This document shows, in pieces, positions 54,368 to 64,000 of a DNA stretch of 64,000 nt. How positions within the stretch are numbered: the first letter of the stretch is position 1; each line of letters starts with the position of its first letter. The notes under the pieces are model-generated. The model ran no database searches and was not told where the DNA came from. It saw only the letters and a list, made by a program, of their open reading frames with translations. Source of the stretch: Eledone cirrhosa (Eukaryota); contig OZ024743.1 in assembly GCA_964016885.1 (NCBI GenBank), positions 297,786,001 to 297,850,000 on the forward strand, written 5' to 3'. The translations under genes and the position numbers were made by a program.

Positions 54368-55499
54368 CTAGCAGTAAAGCCCGGCGTTGCTTGGGGTCGC
54401 TCAGTAGCTGTGTTAAAGTTACAATGTTAAGTTTCTTTTTTGGCTTAAAAACTGTAGTGTTTACTGTGCAGACTTGCATGTGGTGTTTTTGATTAATATT
54501 CCCTCATCCAACAATATGCCTTATGAAGTTAAGAAAACATAACGATAACCCGAATGTTATAACAAAAGAGGATGCTGGGGATAAAAACTGCACTGGTTAT
54601 TTATTAACAAAGATCGAAAATGTAAACACTGCAACGCAAAGAAAAACATTAGCGTAACCAAATTATCAGTTATGTCTGTCTGCACGCCTATATCACCTCT
54701 CTGCACGACTATCTGTCAGCACGCCTATATCACCTCTCTGCACGACTGTCTGTCTGCACGCCTATATCAACTCTCTGCACGACTGTCTGTCTGCACGCCT
54801 ATATCACCTCTCTGTACGACTGTCTGTCTACACGCCTATATCACCTCTCTGCACGACTGTCTGTCTGCACGCCTATATCACCTCTCTGCACGACTGTCTG
54901 TCTGCACGCCTATATCAACTCTCTGCACGACTGTCTGTCTGCACGCCTATATCACCTCTCTGTACGACTGTCTGTCTACACGCCTATATCACCTCTCTGC
55001 ACGACTGTCTGTCTGCACGACTGTCTGTCTGCACGCCTAACGACGAAATATTTGCTTGTTTTACGTAGTCTTTAAATAGACTTGTTTTCAAGTAAAAATA
55101 TTGTTTTAAAATACTTTTAAATGGAAATGAAGAAAAACGGAAGCTTTGTGTTCGAACTGATGAATTTTGCAGGTCAATATTTTGCTGGCTCGACAACTCT
55201 TCGTGTATTGTGTTAATGTCATTTTTAACGCTGAGAAAGCCAGCGTAATTTTTTACGTAAGACGCTCAATGTAAACAGAACAAAGGGAAATAACTGATAA
55301 CTTACGCTCAAAAATCGATACATTATATTCGATTTCGTCACATAGGGTGGGTCAATTTGAAATATTTTTTTCCGATGTCTTCGCTAGGGCTCAATGTACA
55401 AGTATAGCAATTTCGGTGCAATTCCGTGAGAGATTCTAAGATGAGATGTGTGCCAAAAATCGATAGACAGACAGACAACCACAGTTTTATATATATAGA
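54368..55499 (-). mobile_element. Non-autonomous Helitron, 1132 bp
   Basis: Minus strand 5'-TC(TATATAT..), 3'-CTAG with GC-rich hairpin just upstream, inserted between A and T, no TSD; empty site TCGTTTA|TTAGG at ~60867. Confidence 0.9.
54674..55039 (+). repeat. 37-bp minisatellite x9 plus partial, inside Helitron
   Basis: GTCTGTCTGCACGCCTATATCACCTCTCTGCACGACT. Confidence 0.95.
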
Positions 55500-56004
55500 T
55501 TAGGATGTTTCGACATGAAAGCGAACCGTTTTTCTTCGAAAATTACAATAACGTTGCATTTTCAATTGTATTTATTTGATTTTAATCGAACTATCATTGT
55601 TTGATATTACAATTGGTCGATAGATCACAGTAGATTTCAATTAACTTGTTTAGTTTTACTATAAATTTCTATTAGAATTGCAATAATAAGATTGTTTATT
55701 GTGATTTGTATGATTGTTTGTAGTGTATGCATGAATCTCTATCTCGTCTACGATATATGGTGAATGATAACATGTAGAAATAACAGCACGATATATGTGA
55801 ATGTTATTTGATTTAGATAGCATTATTTATAGCAGAACTTGAAATATCAGTTATATATATAAAGTAAAGTCTCTATAGAATGTATATTGTTTAGATAATT
55901 GCCAGAATATATATACATAAATATCTAATATCGAAAATATGTAATGAAAATAAAAATGATTTTTTAAAGAATTATTATTCATCTACTTCAAAATATCGGT
56001 GTTT

Positions 56005-56077
56005 CGAGCTTGTCATGAAACCAATCTGGAATCTCCTGATCCGTAGTCAGGCGCGTTATCCATTGCACCACATGCAC
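56005..56077 (-). pseudogene. trnR-ACG: tRNA-Arg(ACG) pseudogene
   Basis: B-box destroyed, acceptor mismatches. Confidence 0.87.
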
Positions 56078-56530
56078 AGGTTACAAACTGACTGTCAATT
56101 TAAATTACTGTAGGTATGTTTTAGACAATACAATCGTTGAATGTCACTCTAATTCTTCCGTGTCGATGACAAACTTTTGTCCACAAGATTAGCTAATATG
56201 TGGATAATGAATTCAATTTCACTGGAAATCAGGTAAATTATAATTGCATAGAAGGGTGTTACCATTCAATTTTCGTGAGTGTGAAATTTTAATTCCAATC
56301 CGTTCTCCCTTAAAACCAGTCTTAGGTTTCTTAAACATAACCAATCTTAGTGATTATTTCCTCCTTAATTTAAAATAGTTGGTAAATATTGTTTCTCCCA
56401 TACTATCATAGATGGAGAATGCTGAAATTCTTCTATGACCAAATTATCAACTTTCAAGCGATTATATTCATAAACGTTTATCTCAAATTACAGTTCTATA
56501 TGTGAAGAATTCCACTTTCGTTTCCAACTT

Positions 56531-56612
56531 GACGAGGTGGCCGAGTGGTTAAGGCGATGGACTGCTAATCCATTGGGATTTTCCCGCGTGAGTTCGAATC
56601 TCATCTTCGTCG
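56531..56612 (+). tRNA. trnS-GCT: tRNA-Ser(GCT), intact
   Basis: Same sequence as 51145 copy. Confidence 0.94.
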
Positions 56613-57584
56613 ACGTTTTTGCCATTATATTTAAGTTAAGTCAAGTATCTCTTATTTAATCTTCAATTCATTACACGCTTATTTCTTTTATTCATCATTA
56701 TTTATCCTTTAAAAGGGCAATAATTTATCTGTAAATATATTTTTCGTTCTGCGTGTTTTCCAATTTCTCCCAAACTAAGCGCTTGTTTTCTCTCGTCAAT
56801 GACTACATCTAATTATTCTGAACACATGTACGCAATAGATTCTTTAAGAAATATATTCAAAGATATTTTCACAGCTTGTTAGACATGATCTCACAAATAT
56901 GATGAAACAATAACGAAACTACAAGATTGAAGCTCTTTCTTGCTATGTTAAAAGTAAAATAGACAGTTTGATTATCAAGAAACTGAACTGGAAAGTAGAG
57001 CAATACAGGAGTTCGAAAAGTGAAAATCAGAACATTTCAATCCGTTATTAGTCTCATTTAGCGTTTAGCCAAATGTTCTCTTAATTTGATTTCAACACTA
57101 TTTACACACTATCTTAAACACTACCTTTCTATATCAGATTATCTCCTTCTTTAGTGATGTCCTCGTTTATTGACTAAAGTGAGAAATGCTAAACTAATTC
57201 GTCCAATCTAAATTTACAGATATATATATTGTGACGTCATAGGAAAGCATTTGAGTACAGAGGTTTTACGAACGTAACGTTCATTCTGAAAATGTTACCA
57301 TTTATCAACACAAGTTAATTTTGTTAATGGTAGTTTTACTGTAATACAATTGATGCCTGGAATAATATACTCACCATATTTTAAAGACGGCTCGGTTTGA
57401 AATATTTCTATTATCACGTCTTTTACGTGAATTTAAGGGAAATTCTGCCATCATGATTCCATCTAATTTTGGAAAATTTGCTCTTAAATTCGTTGGCGAT
57501 TCAAATGAGTCTTTCTATAAGAACGCTGAAAATTTAGAAACGGGACAAGGTGGGCTAATAATTGTAGTTTTATTTTATCGTTTA

Positions 57585-58568
57585 CTAGCAGTAAAGCCCG
57601 GCGTTGCTCGGGGTCGCTCAGTAGCTGTGTTAAAGTTACAGTGTTAAGTTTCTTTTTTGGCTTAAAAACTGTAGTGTTTACTGTGCAGACTTGCATGTGG
57701 TGTTTTTGATTAATATTCCCTCAACCAACAATATGCCTTATGAAGTTAAGAAAACATAACGATAACCCGAATGTTATAACAAAAGAGGATGCTGGGGATA
57801 AAAACTGCACTGGAATTTATTAACAAAGATCGAAAATGTAAACACTGCAACGCAGAGAAAAACATTAGCGTAACCAAATTATCAGTTATGTCTGTCTGCA
57901 CGCCTATATCACCTCTCTGCACGACTGTCTGTCTGCACGCCTATATCACCTCTCTGCACGACTGTCTGTCTGCACGCCTATATCAACTCTCTGCACGACT
58001 GTCTGTCTGCACGCCTATATCACCTCTCTGTACGACTGTCTGTCTACACGCCTATATCACCTCTCTGCACGACTGTCTGTCTGCACGACTGTCTGTCTGC
58101 ACGCCTAAAGACGAAATATTTGCTTGTTTTACGTAGTCTTTAAATAGACTTGTTTTCAAGTAAAAATATTGTTTTAAAATGCTTTTAAATGGAAATGAAA
58201 CAAAACGGAAGCTTTGTGTTCGAACTGATGAATTTTGCAGGTCAATATTTTGCTGGCTCGACAACTCTTCGTGTATTGTGTTAATGTCATTTTTAACGCT
58301 GAGAAAGCCAGCGTAATTTTTTACGTAAGACGCTCAATGTAAACAGAACAAAGGGAAATAACTGATAACTTACGCTCAAAAATCGATACATTATATTCGA
58401 TTTCGTCACATAGGGTGGGTCAATTTGAAATATTTTTTTTCCGATGTCTTCGCTAGGGCTCAATGTACAAGTATAGCAATTTCGGTGCAATTCCGTGAGA
58501 GATTCTAAGAGGAGATGTGTGCCAAAAATCGATAGACAGACAGACAACCACAGTTTTATATATATAGA
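57585..58568 (-). mobile_element. Non-autonomous Helitron, 984 bp (duplicate of 54368 copy)
   Basis: Same termini and same unit site; hairpin CCCG-AGCAACGC-CGGG upstream of CTAG. Confidence 0.9.
57890..58107 (+). repeat. 37-bp minisatellite x5 plus partial, inside Helitron
   Basis: Same unit as 54674. Confidence 0.95.
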
Positions 58569-58853
58569 TTAGGATGTTTCGACATGAAAGCGAACCGTTT
58601 TTCTTCGAAAATTACAATAACGTTGCATTTTCAATTGTATTTATTTGATTTTAATCGAACTATCATTGTTTGATATTACAATTGGTCGATAGATCACAGT
58701 AGATTTCAATTAACTTGTTTAGTTTTACGATAAATTTCTATTAGAATTGCAATAATAAGATTGTTTATTGTGATTTGTATGATTGTTTGTAGTGTATGCA
58801 TGAATCTCTATCTCGTCTACGATATATGGTGAATGATAACATGTAGAAATAAC

Positions 58854-59055
58854 TGTTTCTACTTTAGGTACAAGGCCAGCAATTACCCAGTGCATTACTG
58901 GTACTTTATTTTATCGACCCCGTAAGGATGAAAGGCAAAGTCAACCTCGGCGGGATTTGAACTCAGATCGTAAAGGGACGTAACTATGCTGGAAAGCATG
59001 GCGTCCGCCCCTCTACCGATACTGCCAATCCACCGCCTAAAAGTGACAATCCACC
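58854..59055 (-). mobile_element. tRNA-derived SINE, ~200 bp, 12-bp TSD TGTAGAAATAAC
   Basis: Minus strand: A-box TGGCAGTATCGG, B-box GAGTTCAAATCC; TSD 58842-58853 and 59056-59067; empty in other units. Confidence 0.9.
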
Positions 59056-59287
59056 TGTAGAAATAACAGCACGATATATGTGAATGTTATTTGATTTAGA
59101 TAGCAGTATTTATAGCAGAACTTGAAATATCAGTTATATATATAAAGTAAAGTCTCTATAGAATGTATTTTGTTTAGATAATTGCCAGAATATATATACA
59201 TAAATATCTAATATCCAAAATATGTAATGAAAAGAAAAATGATTTTTTAAAGAATTATTATTCATCTACTTCAAAATATCAGTGTTT

Positions 59288-59360
59288 CGAGCTTGTCATG
59301 AAACCAATCTGGAATCTCCTGATCCGTAGTCAGGCGCGTTATCCATTGCACCACAAGCAC
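59288..59360 (-). pseudogene. trnR-ACG: tRNA-Arg(ACG) pseudogene
   Basis: B-box destroyed (ATTGGTTTC). Confidence 0.87.
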
Positions 59361-59813
59361 AGGTTACAAACTGACAGTCAATTTAAATTACTGTAGGTAT
59401 GTTTTAGACAATACAATCGTTGAATGTCACTCTAATTCTTCCGTGTCGATGACAAACTTTTGTCCACAAGATTAGCTAACATTTGGATAATGAATTCAAT
59501 TTCACTGGAAATCAGGTAAATTATAATTGCATAGAAGGGTGTTACCATTCAATTTTCGTGAGTCTGGAATTTTAATTCCAATCCGTTCTCCCTTAAAACC
59601 AGTCTTAGGTTTCTTAAACATAACCAATCTTAGTGATAATTTCCTCCTTAATTTAAAATAGTTGGTAAACATTGTTTTTCCCATACTATCATTGATGGAG
59701 AATGCTGAAATTCTTCTATGACCAAATTATCAACTTTCAAGCGATTATATTCATAAACGTTTATCTCAAATTACAGTTCTATATGTGAAGAATTCCACTT
59801 TCGTTTCCAACTT

Positions 59814-59895
59814 GACGAGGTGGCCGAGTGGTTAAGGCGATGGACTGCTAATCCATTGGGATTTTTCCGCGTGAGTTCGAATCTCATCTTCGTCG
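59814..59895 (+). tRNA. trnS-GCT: tRNA-Ser(GCT), intact
   Basis: One G-U in variable arm; boxes intact. Confidence 0.92.
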
Positions 59896-61372
59896 ACGTT
59901 TTTGCCATGATATTTAAGTTTAGTCAGGTATCTCTTATTTAATCTTCAATTCATTACACGCTTATTTCTTTTATTCATCATTATTTTTCCTTTAAAAGGG
60001 CAATAATTTATCTGTAAATATATTTTTCGTTCTGCGTGTTTTCCAATTTCTCCCAAACTAAGCGCTTGTTTTCTCTCGTCAATGACTACATCTAATTATT
60101 CTGAACACATGTACGCAATAGATTCTTTAAGAAATATATTCAAAGATATTTTCACAGCTTGTTAGCCTTGATCTCACAAATATGAAGAAACAATAACAAA
60201 ACTACAAGATTGAAGCTCTTTCTTGCTATGTTAAAAGTAAAATAGACAATTTGATTATCAAGAAACTGAACTGGAAAGTAGAGCAATACAGGAGTTCGAA
60301 AAGTGAAAATCAGAACAGTTCAATCCGTTATTAGTCACATTCAGCGTTTAGCCAAATGTTCTCTTAATTTGATTTCAACACTATTTACACACTATCTTAC
60401 ACACTACCTTACTATATCAGATTATCTCCTTCTTTAGTGATGTCCTCGTTTATTGACTAAAGTGAGAAATGCTAAACTAATTCGTCCAATCTAAATTTAC
60501 AGATATATATATTGTGACGTCATAGGAAAGCATTTGAGTACAGAGGTGTTACGAACGTAACGGTCATTCTGAAAATGTTACCATTTATCAACACAAGTTA
60601 ATTTTGTTAATGGTAGTTTTACTGTAATACAATTGATGCCTGGAATAATATACTCACCATATTTTAAAGACGGCTCGGTTTGAAATATTTCTATTATCAC
60701 GTCTTTTACGTGCATTTAAGGGAAATTCTGCCATCATGATTCCATCTAATTTTGGAAAATTTGCTCTTAAATTCGTTGGCGATTCAAATGAGTCTTTCTA
60801 TAAGAACGCTGAAAATTTAGAAACGGGACAAGGTGGGCTAATAATTGTAGTTTTATTTTATCGTTTATTAGGATGTTTCGACATGAAAGCGAACCGTTTT
60901 TCTTCGAAAATTACAATAACGTTGCATTTTCAATTGTATTTATTTGATTTTAATCGAACTATCATTGTTTGATATTACAATTGGTCGATAGATCACAGTA
61001 GATTTCAATTAACTTGTTTAGTTTTACTATAAATTCCTATTAGAATTGCAATAAGAAGATTGTTTATTGTGATTTGTATGATTGTTTGTAGTGTATGCAT
61101 GAATCTCTATCTCGTCTACGATATATGGTGAATGATAACATGTAGAAATAACAGCAGGTTATATGTGAATGTTATTTGATTTAGATAGCAGTATTTATAG
61201 CAGAACTTGAAATATCAGTTATATATATAAAGTAAACTCTCTATAGAATGTATATTGTTTAGATAATTGCCAAAATATATATACATAAATATCTAATATC
61301 CAAAATATGTAATGAAAAGAAAAATGATTTTTGAAAGAATTATTATTCATCTACTTCAAAATATCGGTGTTT

Positions 61373-61445
61373 CGAGATTGTCAGGAAACGAATCTGGAAT
61401 CTCCTGATCCGTAGTCAGGCGCGTTATCCATTGCACCACAAGCAC
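61373..61445 (-). pseudogene. trnR-ACG: tRNA-Arg(ACG) pseudogene
   Basis: B-box ATTCGTTTC; acceptor mismatches. Confidence 0.85.
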
Positions 61446-61899
61446 AGGTTACAAACTGACTGTCAATTTAAATTACTCTAGGTATGTTTTAGACAATACA
61501 ATCGTTGAATGTCACTCTAATTCATCCGTGTCGATGACAAACTTTTGTCCACAAGATTAGCTACCATTTGGATAGTGAATTCAATTTCACTGGAAATCAG
61601 CTAAATTATAATTGCATAGAAGGGGTGCTACCATTCAATTTACGTGAGTGTGAAATTTTAATTCCAATCCGTTCTCCCTTAAAACCAGTCTTAGGTTTCT
61701 TAAACATAACCAATCTTAGTGATTATTTCCTCCTTAATTTAAAATAGTTGGTAAACATTGTTTTTCCCATACTATCATTGATGGAGAATGCTGAAATTCT
61801 TCTATGACCAAATTATCAACTTTCAAGCGATTATATTCATAAACGTTTATCTCAAATTACAGTTCTATATGTGAAGAATTCCACTTTCGTTTCCAACTT

Positions 61900-61981
61900 G
61901 ACGAGGTGGCCGAGTGGTTAAGGCGATGGACTGCTAATCCATTGGGATTTTTCCGCGTGAGTTCGAATCTCATCTTCTTCG
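61900..61981 (+). tRNA. trnS-GCT: tRNA-Ser(GCT), acceptor-stem variant
   Basis: Boxes intact; G70T mismatch (CTTCTTCG). Confidence 0.82.
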
Positions 61982-62081
61982 ACGTTTTTGCCGTGATATT
62001 TAAGTTTAGTCAAGTATCTCTTATTTAATCTTCAATTCATTACACGCTTATTTCTTTTATTCATCATTATTTATCCTTTAA

Positions 62082-62150
62082 CGGGTCGATAAAATAAAGT
62101 ACCAGTAATACACTGGAATAATTGCTGGCCTTGTGCCAAAAGTAGAAACA
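62082..62150 (+). mobile_element. 5'-truncated SINE, duplicate of 51327 copy
   Basis: Same sequence and TSD (62066-62081, 62151-62166). Confidence 0.9.
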
Positions 62151-63542
62151 ATTATTTATCCTTTAAAGGGGCAATAATTTATCTGTAAATATATTTTTCG
62201 TTCTGCGTGTTTTCCAATTTCTCCCAAACTAAGCGCTTGTTTTCTCTCGTCAATGACTACATCTAATTATTCTTAACACATGTACGCAATAGATTCTTTA
62301 AGAAATATATTCAAAGATATTTTCACAGCTTGTTAGAACTGATCTCACAAATATGAAGAAACAATAACGAAACTACAAGATTGAAGCTCTTTCTTGCTAT
62401 GTTAAAAGTAAAATAGATAATTTGATTATCAAGAAACTGAACTGGAAAGTAGAGCAATACAGGAGTTCGAAAAGTGAAGATCAGAAAAGTTCAATCCGTT
62501 ATTAGTCACATTCAGCGTTTAGCCAAATGTTCTCTTAATTTCATTTCAACACTATTTACACACTATCTTACACACTACCTTACTATATCAGATTATCTCC
62601 TTCTTTAGTGATGTCCTCGTTTATTGACTAAAGTGAGAAATGCTAAACTAATTCGTCCAATCTAAATTTACAGATATTTATATTGTGACGTCATAGGAAA
62701 GCATTTGAGTAGAGAGGTTTTACGAACGTAACGGTCATTCTTAAAATGTTACCATTTATCAACACAAGTTAATTTTGTTAATGGTAGTTTTACTGTAATA
62801 CAATTGATGCCTGGAATAATATACTCACCATCTTTTAAAGACGGCTCGGTTTGAAATATTTCTATTATCACGTCTTTTACGTGCATCTAAGGGAAATTCT
62901 GCCATCATGATTCCATCTAATTTTGGATAATTTGCTCTTAAATTCGTTGGCGATTCAAATGAGTCTTTCTATAAGAACGCTGAAAATTTAGAAACGGGAC
63001 AAGGTGGGCTTATATTTGTAGTTTTATTTTATCGTTTATTAGGTATTTCGAGATGAAAGCGAACAGTTTTTCTTCGAAAATTACAATAACGTTGCATTTT
63101 CAATTGTATTTATTTGATTTTAATCGAACTATCATTGTTTGATATTACAATTGTTCGATAGATCACAGTAGATTTCAATTAACTTGTTTAGTTTTACTAT
63201 AAATTTTTATTAGAATTGCAATAATAAGATTGTTTATTGTGATTTGTATGATTGTTTGTAGTGTATGCATGAATCTCTATCTCGTCTACGATATATGGTG
63301 AATGATAACATGTAGAAATAACAGCACGATATATGTGAATGTTATTTGATTTAGATAGCAGTATTTATAGCAGAACTTGAAATATCAGTTATATATATAA
63401 AGTAAAGTCTCTATAGAATGTATATTGTTTAGATAATTGCCAGAATATATATACATAAATATCTAATATGCAAAATATGTAATGAAAAGAAAAATGATTT
63501 TTTAAAGAATTATTATTCCTCTACTTCAAAATATCGGTGTTT

Positions 63543-63615
63543 CGAGCTTGTCATGAAACCAATCAGGAATCTCCTGATCCGTAGTCAGGCGCGTTATCCA
63601 TTGCACCACAAGCAC
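63543..63615 (-). pseudogene. trnR-ACG: tRNA-Arg(ACG) pseudogene
   Basis: B-box destroyed. Confidence 0.87.
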
Positions 63616-64000
63616 AGGTTACAAACTGACTGTCAATTTAAATTACTGTAGGTATGTTTTAGACAATACAATCGTTGAATGTCACTCTAATTCTTCCGTG
63701 TCGATGACAAACTTTTGTCCCCAAGATTAGCTAACATTTGGATAATGAATTCAATTTCACTGGAAATTAGGTAAATTATAATTGCATAGAAGGGTGTTAC
63801 CATTCAATTTTCGTGAGTCTGAAATTTTAATTCCAATCCGTTCTCCCTTAAAACCAGTCTTAGGTTTCTTAAACATAACCAATCTTAGTGATTATTTCCT
63901 CCTTAATTTAAAATAGTTGGTAAATATTGTTTCTCCCATACTATCATAGATGGAGAATGCTGAAATTCTTCTATGACCAAATTATCAACTTTCAAGCGAT

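Larger units (their letters stand above)
50309..64000 (-). repeat. Right tandem array: inverted, diverged version of the same ~2085-bp unit, ~5.5 units with TE insertions
   Basis: Reverse-complement homology to left unit throughout; Ser on +, Arg on -. Confidence 0.96.

Noticed and set aside
54674-55039. CRISPR-like 37-bp repeats
   Set aside because: Directly tandem with no unique spacers; eukaryotic context and no cas genes
54672-58136. Cys/His-rich ORFs resembling zinc fingers
   Set aside because: Translations of the 37-bp minisatellite cycling through frames

Overview
AT-rich eukaryotic (metazoan, possibly octopod by SINE resemblance) DNA with no credible protein-coding gene. The whole window is a tRNA-gene macrosatellite with a ~2.08-kb unit carrying a divergently transcribed tRNA-Ser(GCT)/tRNA-Arg(ACG) pair. 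It is arranged as two diverged sub-arrays in opposite orientation that meet at ~50,308. In the left array (24 Arg, 22 Ser copies), seven units carry a 359-539-bp (CCCTAA/CCCCAA)n telomeric tract. The tract replaces the same 18-bp segment in each, and the inversion breakpoint falls at that same site. Left-array Arg genes are mostly intact while all Ser copies have a T-loop/B-box lesion; the right array shows the reverse. The right array also carries two copies of a non-autonomous Helitron with a 37-bp minisatellite, one near-full-length tRNA-derived SINE and two copies of a 5'-truncated SINE, each with an empty site visible in sister units. All supplied ORFs are repeat artefacts or short chance frames.
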